Of a stretch of 64,000 bases of DNA, positions 56,293-64,000 are shown one piece after another. Source of the stretch: an uncultured Candidatus Saccharibacteria bacterium (lineage in GTDB: Bacteria; Patescibacteriota; Minisyncoccia; Phycocordibacterales; PALSA-1337); contig CAYZSZ010000001.1 in assembly GCA_964481175.1 (NCBI GenBank), positions 1,602 through 65,601 on the forward strand, read 5' to 3'. A model generated the notes under the pieces. It made no database searches and was not told where the DNA came from. It saw only the letters and a program-made list of their open reading frames with translations. Made by a program: the position numbers and the translations under genes. The stretch's first letter is position 1. Each line of letters opens with the position of its first letter.

Positions 56293-57267
56293 TTAACCAC
56301 TAATATACGATGTTATCAACTTACTTTCCTTCTCAAAACGAGCAACGGCCAGCTGTATCAATCGATCAATTAAATCTGCATAACCTAGTCCACTTGCCTC
56401 CCACAATTTTGGGTACATGCTGATATTGGTAAATCCTGGAATTGTGTTTATTTCATTTACAACAATTTTATTGTTTTTTGTTAAAAAGAAATCGACTCTA
56501 CCTAGCCCCTCACACTCGAGAGCCAAAAATACCTGCACAGCAATCCTTTGTATTTCTTTTGCCACTTCTGAATCTATTTTTGCCGGGATGATGAGCTCAG
56601 CACCATCTTGGTCTACATATTTTGCATTATATGAATAAAACTCATCATGCGGGACTATTTCACCCAGTACAGATGCGGTTGGTTTTTCATTTCCGAGGAC
56701 TGAGCACTCTATCTCTCTCCCCTGTATATACTCTTCGATAATTATTTTTCGATCAAACATAAAAGCTTGTTTTACTGCTTTATCAAAATCAGCTTTTGCT
56801 TTTACTTTACTCACACCCACAGATGAACCTGCATTTGCTGGCTTTACAAAGAAAGGCGATCCTAATTCTCTTTCTACATAGTCAAAATCAATATCCTTTT
56901 CTTTAAATGAAAGAAACTTTTTAGTGGGGATGCCGGCATCACGCAAAAGCCGATTCATCACATCTTTATCCATGCCAATTGCAGATCCCAAAACACTTGC
57001 TCCAACAAATGGAACATTTGCTAACTTTAAAAGTCCTTGGACAGTTCCGTCTTCTCCAAACGGGCCGTGCAGTAATGGGAAAAATACATCAGCATCTATT
57101 TGGTACATTTCCTTTTCCCATGTACCATCCTTTCTAATCAAAATCTTTTCTATCTCGTACTTGTCTTTATCAATAGCACTAGCTACATTTTCAGCCGAAC
57201 GAAGCGAAACTTCATGTTCCGCGGATTTACCGCCGTAGAGTAGTGCGATTTTGAGTTTTTTCATCAA
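56293..57267 (-). CDS. ddl: D-alanine--D-alanine ligase
   Basis: 'KIALLYGGKSAEHEVSLRSAENV' N-domain and ATP-grasp core. Confidence 0.85.
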   Translation of the reverse strand: MMKKLKIALLYGGKSAEHEVSLRSAENVASAIDKDKYEIEKILIRKDGTWEKEMYQIDADVFFPLLHGPFGEDGTVQGLLKLANVPFVGASVLGSAIGMDKDVMNRLLRDAGIPTKKFLSFKEKDIDFDYVERELGSPFFVKPANAGSSVGVSKVKAKADFDKAVKQAFMFDRKIIIEEYIQGREIECSVLGNEKPTASVLGEIVPHDEFYSYNAKYVDQDGAELIIPAKIDSEVAKEIQRIAVQVFLALECEGLGRVDFFLTKNNKIVVNEINTIPGFTNISMYPKLWEASGLGYADLIDRLIQLAVARFEKESKLITSYISG

Positions 57268-57270
57268 TTG

Positions 57271-57342
57271 TGACCCTACAGGGAATCGAACCCTGCTTTA
57301 AGCCTTGAGAAGGCCTTGTCCTAGCCGATAGACGATAGGGCC
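57271..57342 (-). tRNA. tRNA-Glu (anticodon CUC); CCA not encoded
   Basis: Hand-folded cloverleaf GGCCCTA-TC-GTCTATCGGCTAGGAC-A-AGGCC-TTCTCAA-GGCTT-AAAGC-AGGGTTCGATTCCCT-GTAGGGTC-A; 7-bp acceptor stem, T-loop GGTTCGATTCC. Confidence 0.75.
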
Positions 57343-57361
57343 GGTTTTTTCTTTATATTTA

Positions 57362-58603
57362 CTACCTATTTAGCCACTCTTTTTCTTGGCGTACTAATAC
57401 ATTAGCAGAATCTATACTTGGGTCAAGCAAGACTTTGACGATACGCTCCATGCGTATACCCTGCGATCCTTTGACCAAAACAATATCGCCATCACGAAGC
57501 AGTGCTGGTACTTTTTCTGCAGCTTCGATCGAGGTATTGAAATGGTGCTGCGCATTCATCCCACGTGAACGGAGACCGACAGATATGACGAAGTTTGCTG
57601 ACTGGCGAGCAACCTCACCGACTTTGGCATGAGCTTCGACTGCGTATTTTCCAAGCTCGAGCATATCGCCGAGGATAGCGACTTTGCGAGGTCCTTGGAT
57701 GTCTTTTAGGGTTTGGAGGGCACTGTAGACTGCGTCTGGAGATGAGTTGTATGTATCGTCCAAAAGCGTCATATTGTTTTTCCCTTTTAAAACATTCATA
57801 CGTCCTCGTGGTGGAATGTGTGATTCGAGGGCTTTTACGACAGTATCGAGTGATATGCCGACCTTTTTTGCAACGATCGCAGCAACGATGAGCGGGTACA
57901 CATGGTGTGTCCCGACCACGCCTTTTGTCTGGATATTTTTCTCTTCTCCATCAATGACAAGTGTCATCGACATACCCGTCACTCGCCCATTTTCATATGC
58001 CAATGAAATGTTTTTTGCATTTGTATTTAGACCGAAATGGATTGTTTCTTTTGCTTGGTCTGAAGTAATACCCTTTACGATCTCATCATCAGAAGAAAGG
58101 ATGAGGATACCGTCTTTTTTGAGTCTCTTTGCGAGATATGCTTTTTCTTTTGCGAGCTCCTCTGGGTCCTTGAAATACTCTACGTGAGCAGCAACCTTAC
58201 CGACACGTGTGATGATCGATATATCTGGGCGTAGCCAAGCAGTGAGATTTTTGATGTCATTTGGACGATCGGCTCCGACTTCGAGAATGAGATACTCAGG
58301 GTACACATTGTTAAAAACAATGAGCTCAAGACCGTGCAATATATTCTTTAGCCAAATGATGAGCGATGACCAGCCGTTTGGACAGCCGAGAATAGTGAGG
58401 GGTACGCCTAGTTCGCTATTGAAACTCTTTTCACTTTTGCGAACCTTGTGAGTAGAAGAAAGTGCTGTGTATATAGCGTCTTTGGTAGAAGTCTTCCCTA
58501 CACTCCCGGTAACAGCAATGATAAAAGGCTTGTACTTTTTCAAAACGAGCTGTGACTCGAATGATATGATTTCTACGATAATTTTTTTGAGTATAGATTT
58601 CAT
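57362..58603 (-). CDS. murF: UDP-MurNAc-tripeptide--D-alanyl-D-alanine ligase MurF
   Basis: Mur ligase P-loop 'AVTGSVGKTSTKD' and overall MurF architecture. Confidence 0.85.
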   Translation of the reverse strand: MKSILKKIIVEIISFESQLVLKKYKPFIIAVTGSVGKTSTKDAIYTALSSTHKVRKSEKSFNSELGVPLTILGCPNGWSSLIIWLKNILHGLELIVFNNVYPEYLILEVGADRPNDIKNLTAWLRPDISIITRVGKVAAHVEYFKDPEELAKEKAYLAKRLKKDGILILSSDDEIVKGITSDQAKETIHFGLNTNAKNISLAYENGRVTGMSMTLVIDGEEKNIQTKGVVGTHHVYPLIVAAIVAKKVGISLDTVVKALESHIPPRGRMNVLKGKNNMTLLDDTYNSSPDAVYSALQTLKDIQGPRKVAILGDMLELGKYAVEAHAKVGEVARQSANFVISVGLRSRGMNAQHHFNTSIEAAEKVPALLRDGDIVLVKGSQGIRMERIVKVLLDPSIDSANVLVRQEKEWLNR

Positions 58604-60321
58604 CGGTCGGGGTTTATTTCATAGTAGTTTATCAGAAACTTTGTAATATCGATAAACGGATTTGTCAGTGTCTCTGAAGCATATTGCGTATTCTTTGGAT
58701 AGACTTGGTACAAAAAGACGATGTACTGTGGGTCGTATGCGGGGAAATATCCAAAGAATGAGTGCAGATACCTGTCAGTATAATACCCTCCATTGACCGG
58801 ATCTGCAATCTGCGCAGTTCCTGTCTTTGCCGCGATACTATAGTGCTCCATTTTGACTGTTCCTTGGCGGAGTGCTTTGTCGACCACTTCGACGAGCATC
58901 TTGGTAACTGTTTCAGTTGTTTCTGATTTCAGTACTTGTTTTGGCTTTTCATACTCGACCGTTTCTGGAATACCACTGTCATGCTCTATTGTGTTTACGA
59001 GATGTGGAGTCACAAGCTTCCCTCCATTAGCCAAAATCGACAATGCTCGTATAGTCGCTATCGGACTCATCGATATACCTTGTCCATATCCCATCGTAAT
59101 ATGTTCAATGTCGCGTGTACCGTCGAGGTTACGGGAAATACCTCTCGTTTCATTTGGCTGATCGATACCCGTAAACTCTCCAAAACCAAATGATCTAAAG
59201 TAGTTCGAAATGTTTTTGTTTCCAGTTTTTTGTACGATGAAAGCAATACCGATGTTGAGCGACTGGCTGAGCACCTCCTGCATCGGCACTACCCCTCGCG
59301 CTTTCCCGTCATAGTTTGAAATCTTCTTCTGATCGACAGTGATAGTTCCTTTGTCGTTGTATGTAGTGTTTGCAGTGATCGATCCAGTGTCGATGCCGAC
59401 AGCCATCGTGAGTGGTTTGATGATCGATCCCATTTCGTATGCACTTTCAACGAGTGGGTTTGAGAATACTTTTGGATTCTTTTCTCCAGAGACATCGTTT
59501 GGATTAAAGTTTGGCAATGCAGCCATGGCGATGATGTCCCCTGTCTTTGGATTCATGACGATGACCCCGATTTCATCAGATTGCCATTTCTTGCGTGCAT
59601 CAGCGATCACAACCTCAGCATAGTTTTGTACTGAAGGTTCAAGTGTTGTCACCACATCTCCAGACTCACCTTTTGAAGCATGCCTGATTCCAGAAAATAT
59701 TTCTGCAAAAAAATTTCTAAACTGTCCTTTGTCATTTCGTACTAGTATGTCGTCATACTGTCGCTCCAAACCGTAGCGACCACGATACTCGGTACCTTGA
59801 AATCCCATGAGACCGATCGCATGGGCTGCCAAACTCTGCGCTGGATATGCTCTCCACGCATCACGATAGACGATCACACCGGGTATTTTCATCTTTTGGA
59901 TTTCTTCGCCTGTCTTTGCCTCGAGTCGTTTGCTCAGCTCTTCAAATGGATCATCTTTTTTTGCCGCTTTTTCCATAAACTCATCTTTGTCGAGCGCGAC
60001 AAACTGACGTAATCGTTCATATGTCTCTGCGGCATCATCGAGATCTTTTGGACTGATCGCAAGCGAAACTCCCTCCTGGATCGTAGCCGCACTCACTCGA
60101 GTACCGTTTTTTGATGTAAAAAATATACTTCCTCGGTCAAATAGTGGTGCACTACGACGTTCGTACTGGCGATTTGCACGTTCAGCAAATTCTTTTCCAT
60201 TGATAATCTGAACATGATAAAGCTTGCCAGCCAAAACCATGGCAGCAAAAATAACACATGCAATCACGATCCTAATTCTGATTGAATAGTTATCTAATTT
60301 CATTAGAAGTTGTACGAGCAA
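58600..60321 (-). CDS. ftsI: penicillin-binding protein (class B transpeptidase FtsI/PBP2-like)
   Basis: N-terminal TM helix, dimerisation domain, transpeptidase motifs 'GSIIKP' (SxxK), 'SQS' (SxN-type) and 'KTGTA'. Confidence 0.85.
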   Translation of the reverse strand: MLVQLLMKLDNYSIRIRIVIACVIFAAMVLAGKLYHVQIINGKEFAERANRQYERRSAPLFDRGSIFFTSKNGTRVSAATIQEGVSLAISPKDLDDAAETYERLRQFVALDKDEFMEKAAKKDDPFEELSKRLEAKTGEEIQKMKIPGVIVYRDAWRAYPAQSLAAHAIGLMGFQGTEYRGRYGLERQYDDILVRNDKGQFRNFFAEIFSGIRHASKGESGDVVTTLEPSVQNYAEVVIADARKKWQSDEIGVIVMNPKTGDIIAMAALPNFNPNDVSGEKNPKVFSNPLVESAYEMGSIIKPLTMAVGIDTGSITANTTYNDKGTITVDQKKISNYDGKARGVVPMQEVLSQSLNIGIAFIVQKTGNKNISNYFRSFGFGEFTGIDQPNETRGISRNLDGTRDIEHITMGYGQGISMSPIATIRALSILANGGKLVTPHLVNTIEHDSGIPETVEYEKPKQVLKSETTETVTKMLVEVVDKALRQGTVKMEHYSIAAKTGTAQIADPVNGGYYTDRYLHSFFGYFPAYDPQYIVFLYQVYPKNTQYASETLTNPFIDITKFLINYYEINPDR

Positions 60322-60625
60322 CTCCCTGTGCCTTCTTTGAAATATATACAGCTGATGTCGGTTCAGAAAAACCTAGCTCAACCGCAGTAGCAAGTGTAAC
60401 TGAGTTCTTTAATGAAAAATACTGTGCTTCGAGCATACCAATAGTAGCGCTTTTATTTCGATTGACCTTGAGCATCGCTTCTCGAGCGAGAATGTTGTGA
60501 ACTGTTGTGTGAACGAGGCCAGCATATGTAAGGACGAGTGAAAGGATGAGAAAAGCAAATACATAAAAAAGATGTTCTCTGTATGAGTTTACTCCGGATA
60601 TTGTATTTTGAATTGCTTTTGTCAT
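60290..60625 (-). CDS. ftsL: FtsL-like cell-division membrane protein
   Basis: Small bitopic protein between rsmH and ftsI with a TM helix and coiled coil. Confidence 0.5.
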   Translation of the reverse strand: MTKAIQNTISGVNSYREHLFYVFAFLILSLVLTYAGLVHTTVHNILAREAMLKVNRNKSATIGMLEAQYFSLKNSVTLATAVELGFSEPTSAVYISKKAQGVARTTSNEIR

Positions 60626-60626
60626 A

Positions 60627-61493
60627 TTATATTTTCTTTTCGATGATTCTCAATTTTGCACTGCGTGAACGTGGATTTCTGACTTTCTCCTCATCACTCG
60701 GCACTATTGGCTTTTTTGTTAAAATATTTGCTTCACTCTGCTTTTCTTTAAAAAATCTCTTCGTCACTCTATCTTCGATACTATGAAACGATATGACGGC
60801 CATCCTTCCTCCTGGGTTTAGGGCTTCGAATCCTTTCCGTAACCCTTCTTTCAGTGTATTGATCTCATCATTTACAGTGATCCGAAGTGCCTGGAAAGTT
60901 CTGGTTGCTGGATGTATCCTGCCTCGATGATAGCTACTTGGTGTTCCGAGCTTGATCGCTTCGACTAGTTCAAATGTGGTTTTGATCGGTCGAGATTCGA
61001 CGATCGATTTTGCAATCCTTCGAGAGTATCGTTCATCACCATATCCGTATATGATGTCTGCGATATTTGCCTCGTCCCAAGTGTTTACGATCTCGTCAGC
61101 TGTCAGATCATCTTTTGTTGGATTCTTTTTGAAAGTCATGAGAAGTGGCTCATCTTTTTGAAAGGTAAATCCTCTCCCTGAAGTTTCAAACTGATCTGAA
61201 GAGAGTCCGAGATCGAGCATAAAGGCATCTATCTTTGATATTTTGAGCGAAGCCAAAGCAATGTCTAAATTTCTGTAATTTTCTTGTATAAAAGTTCCTC
61301 CTTTGAGTCGCTTTTTGCTTCGTTCGATCGCCTCGAGGTCCTGATCCAGACCGATCACTGTAGCTCCTTTTTCAAGAGCGTATTCAGAGTGACCGCCAGA
61401 TCCCAATGTTCCGTCGAGATATATACTGCCTTTATGCAGATTAAGGCCGTCTATTGATTCATGTAAAAGAACAGTTGTGTGGATGAGAGCCAT
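60627..61493 (-). CDS. rsmH: 16S rRNA (cytosine1402-N4)-methyltransferase RsmH (MraW)
   Basis: 'HTTVLLHESIDGLNLHKGSIYLDGTLGSGGHS' SAM-binding motif. Confidence 0.85.
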   Translation of the reverse strand: MALIHTTVLLHESIDGLNLHKGSIYLDGTLGSGGHSEYALEKGATVIGLDQDLEAIERSKKRLKGGTFIQENYRNLDIALASLKISKIDAFMLDLGLSSDQFETSGRGFTFQKDEPLLMTFKKNPTKDDLTADEIVNTWDEANIADIIYGYGDERYSRRIAKSIVESRPIKTTFELVEAIKLGTPSSYHRGRIHPATRTFQALRITVNDEINTLKEGLRKGFEALNPGGRMAVISFHSIEDRVTKRFFKEKQSEANILTKKPIVPSDEEKVRNPRSRSAKLRIIEKKI

Positions 61494-61927
61494 TAGAGCA
61501 TTCCTACTTGGCTTAGTTTTTCCGCCAAGGAATCAGCCTGCTTCTCCACGACCTGTTTGTATTCGCCCCATGCTTTTTCATCCCAAAGCTCTACTCGAGT
61601 TTGCACTCCAACGACTGCAACTTTCGAATTGAGCTTTGCTCTTCCCTTTAAAAAGTCCGGGATGAGGACGCGACCGATTGTGTCGATCTCTGCTTCGACC
61701 GCTCCTCCCAAGAGAAATCGGTTAAAGCTTCGACTGTCAGCATTGAGCATAGAAGATTCACTTAGCTTTTCTGTGATTTTCTTCCATTCAGTGGTTGAGA
61801 AGACGAATATACAGTTATCAAGACCTGGAGTGAGCACAACTTTCTTGCCCATCTCAGTTCGAAACTTTGCTGGGAGAGAAAGTCTATTCTTTTCATCAAT
61901 GGTATGTGTGTATTCTCCGATCAACAT
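61493..61927 (-). CDS. mraZ: transcriptional regulator MraZ
   Basis: Two MraZ repeats with 'DEKNRLSLPAKFR' and 'DTIGRVLIPDFL'. Confidence 0.85.
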   Translation of the reverse strand: MLIGEYTHTIDEKNRLSLPAKFRTEMGKKVVLTPGLDNCIFVFSTTEWKKITEKLSESSMLNADSRSFNRFLLGGAVEAEIDTIGRVLIPDFLKGRAKLNSKVAVVGVQTRVELWDEKAWGEYKQVVEKQADSLAEKLSQVGML

Positions 61928-62052
61928 AATTTTCTCTTTTTAAACTGTATCCCACTTCATCCCACTTAGATAACATTATATACCACTTCATCCCACTCTC
62001 CTATTCGTCTGTATGTGGAAAACTAAAAAGCCCCTTTCGGGGCTCTCTAGGC

Positions 62053-63504
62053 TTATTTATTATCTTCTTTTGGTCGCATCAATGGGAATGTCTGCAGCTC
62101 GCGTAGTGGCTTGTCTGCCAAGAATGCAAAAAGTCTCTCACCGAAGCCATAACCGCAGGTCGGTGGCATGCCGTGTTCGAGCATTTCGACAAACTCGTGA
62201 TCTGCCATCATTGCTTCACTGTCTCCACCCTCAATCAATTTTTGTTGAACACTAAATCGCTCTGCTTGATCGATAGGATCATTGAGCTCTGAATATCCTT
62301 TACCAAGCTCACTGCCTGCCAAGATAGGTTGAAACATCTGTGTCACAGACTTGCCTGGTACATTTTTTGCAAGCGGACCTACAATCGTAGGGTGATTTAT
62401 AAGAAAAGCAGGGCCAGATATGTTTTTTCGACAGTACTTCCAAAGAGTATCGATCAAACGTTCTTTATTATCACCTTCGTACTTTACTTTTAGGTCATCG
62501 AGCTTTGCTTTCATCTCTTTCTCACTTGCAGTATACACATCGATGCCAGTTTGTCGTTTTACTTCTTCAACGTAGTCGATATTTATCCATTCGTCTGCTA
62601 GATCAAATGTGTGCCCGCGAGTCGTGAACTTTGTTGTACCAAAAACTTCTTTTGCGATCGCTCGATACATTTTTTTAACCAAATCCATACCGTCTTTGTA
62701 GTCAGCATAAGCCCAATAGAACTCCATGTTTGTGAATTCTTGCAAGTGATCAGGACTAGAGCCCTCGTTTCGGTACGCTCGTCCTATTTCAAAAGTCTTT
62801 GGAAAGCCTGCGGCCATCAGTCGCTTTTGCCAGAGCTCTCCTACTGATATACGGAGGTATACATCGAGATCGTAATCATTGTGATGTGTTTTAAATGGCG
62901 TCGCTTCTGCTCCTCCGGTGGTGACTTCGAGTGTCGGTGTTTCGACTTCGAGAAAGCCATGCTGCTTTAGAAATGCACGAGTAACATCCCAAAACTTTGA
63001 TTTCTTTATCAAAAGATCTCGTAGCTCTGTATTCATCAAAAGATCGAGATATCGCTTTCGATATCGCTCATCGGTGTCTTGTAGTCCGTGCCATTTGTCT
63101 GGAAGTGGTGCAATCGCTTTGGTAGCCATCACCCAGTCTTTTACGAGTAGGCTCTGCTCCCCTCGCTGTGTGGTGAATAGTTCTCCAGTTGCAGAAATAA
63201 AGTCACCGATATCCACTGCATCGGTAAAAAGAGTAAAAAGTTTTTCATCTAGAGCGTCTTTCTTAAAAACTAGCTGAAACTTTTCTGTACCATCGTAGAC
63301 GACAGCAAATAAAATAGCACCTTGCCCTCGGATTGCCATGATGCGACCGACAACAGAGATTGTCTTTCCATCTTTAAATGACTCCTTTGCTTGCAAAAGA
63401 GTATGATCTTGAGGAACTTTGGCAGGATAGGGATCCATCCCTGCTGCCTTGAGCTTACCGAGCTTTGCGATACGGGTATCGCGGAGCTCTTCAAATGATG
63501 CCAT
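62053..63504 (-). CDS. lysS: lysine--tRNA ligase (class II)
   Basis: OB-fold anticodon-binding domain and class-II motifs '...FTNMEFYWAY...'. Confidence 0.85.
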   Translation of the reverse strand: MASFEELRDTRIAKLGKLKAAGMDPYPAKVPQDHTLLQAKESFKDGKTISVVGRIMAIRGQGAILFAVVYDGTEKFQLVFKKDALDEKLFTLFTDAVDIGDFISATGELFTTQRGEQSLLVKDWVMATKAIAPLPDKWHGLQDTDERYRKRYLDLLMNTELRDLLIKKSKFWDVTRAFLKQHGFLEVETPTLEVTTGGAEATPFKTHHNDYDLDVYLRISVGELWQKRLMAAGFPKTFEIGRAYRNEGSSPDHLQEFTNMEFYWAYADYKDGMDLVKKMYRAIAKEVFGTTKFTTRGHTFDLADEWINIDYVEEVKRQTGIDVYTASEKEMKAKLDDLKVKYEGDNKERLIDTLWKYCRKNISGPAFLINHPTIVGPLAKNVPGKSVTQMFQPILAGSELGKGYSELNDPIDQAERFSVQQKLIEGGDSEAMMADHEFVEMLEHGMPPTCGYGFGERLFAFLADKPLRELQTFPLMRPKEDNK

Positions 63505-63506
63505 GT

Positions 63507-63971
63507 TTATTGAACTTCGATTATCTTGTATGAAACCTTTCCTTTTGGAGTGGTTACTACAATTGTATCACCTTTTGCTTTTCCCATAAGTGCTGCACCG
63601 ATCGGAGAGTGGTTTGAGAGCTTACCGTTTGCAGTGTCCACCTCTTCTGAACCGACAATCATAAACTTTCTATTTTCTTTTTCGCCTTCTTTTTGCACGA
63701 GAACAGTCGAACCGATAGAGACGGTTGAGCCATGCTTTTCATCTAAAATATTTGCAGTTTTTAAGACCATTTCGAGGTGGTTGATGCGGTCTTCTACTTT
63801 TGCCTGCTCCTCACGAGCTTCGTGATATTCGGCATTTTCTGAGAGGTCTCCTAGCTTTTTTGCATATTCTAGGCTTTCTGCAACTTCTTTTCTTCGGACA
63901 TTTCTAAGTTGTTCTAATTCTGACTTCAATTCTGCAAACTTTTCTTTGGTGAGGTATTGTGTTTCTTGCAT
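63507..63971 (-). CDS. greA: transcription elongation factor GreA
   Basis: Coiled-coil N-terminus 'LTKEKFAELKSELEQLRNV...GDLSENAEYHEAREEQA' and FKBP-like C-terminal domain. Confidence 0.85.
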   Translation of the reverse strand: MQETQYLTKEKFAELKSELEQLRNVRRKEVAESLEYAKKLGDLSENAEYHEAREEQAKVEDRINHLEMVLKTANILDEKHGSTVSIGSTVLVQKEGEKENRKFMIVGSEEVDTANGKLSNHSPIGAALMGKAKGDTIVVTTPKGKVSYKIIEVQ

Positions 63972-64000
63972 ATACGATAAGTATTACTGGGATATCATAG

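Noticed and set aside
1-64000. CRISPR arrays, IS elements or transposases, integrases, rRNA genes
   Set aside because: No regularly spaced direct repeats, no HUH/DDE transposase-like or integrase-like ORFs and no rRNA-like sequence were seen on either strand. The paralogous small genes at 37.2/40.1 kb lack a transposase motif.

Overview
Low-GC bacterial chromosomal segment with visibly GC-richer patches. It is densely packed with housekeeping genes on both strands. Forward: mltG, mnmA, alaS, the infA-rpmJ-rpsM-rpsK-rpsD-rpoA-rplQ-rplM-rpsI ribosomal/RNAP cluster, grpE-dnaK-[giant surface protein]-dnaJ, trpS, scpAB, a DD-carboxypeptidase/Kelch fusion, ftsW, murG, gltX, cysS, dnaB, recR. Reverse: a cell-wall (dcw) cluster mraZ-rsmH-ftsL-ftsI-murF-tRNA(Glu)-ddl, plus lysS, greA, rplI, ctpA, rmuC. 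The compact proteins (565-aa AlaRS, CbpA-like DnaJ), the many secreted/membrane hypotheticals and the missing ftsQAZ after ddl suggest a reduced-genome, possibly CPR/Patescibacteria-like organism; this is inference. The most unusual locus: ddl is followed, translationally coupled, by a tandem array of PEP-utilising phosphohistidine 'swivel'-domain paralogues, one with an ATP-grasp (PPDK_N-like) head and three head-less copies, with a fourth, divergent head-less copy further downstream. Next to the array lie two GC-rich, tandemly duplicated SixA-like histidine-phosphatase genes and an LMW-PTP/ArsC-like gene. Other points of interest: dnaK has an in-frame TAA; a ~1400-aa multidomain surface protein sits between dnaK and dnaJ; diverged inverted paralogues with a shared hairpin bracket dnaB-recR-rplU; several GC-rich non-coding islands may be structured RNAs; a GC-rich sigma-70 gene has a near-consensus promoter; a MerT-like membrane domain is fused to MsrA-MsrB. 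No CRISPR array, IS element or rRNA was recognised.
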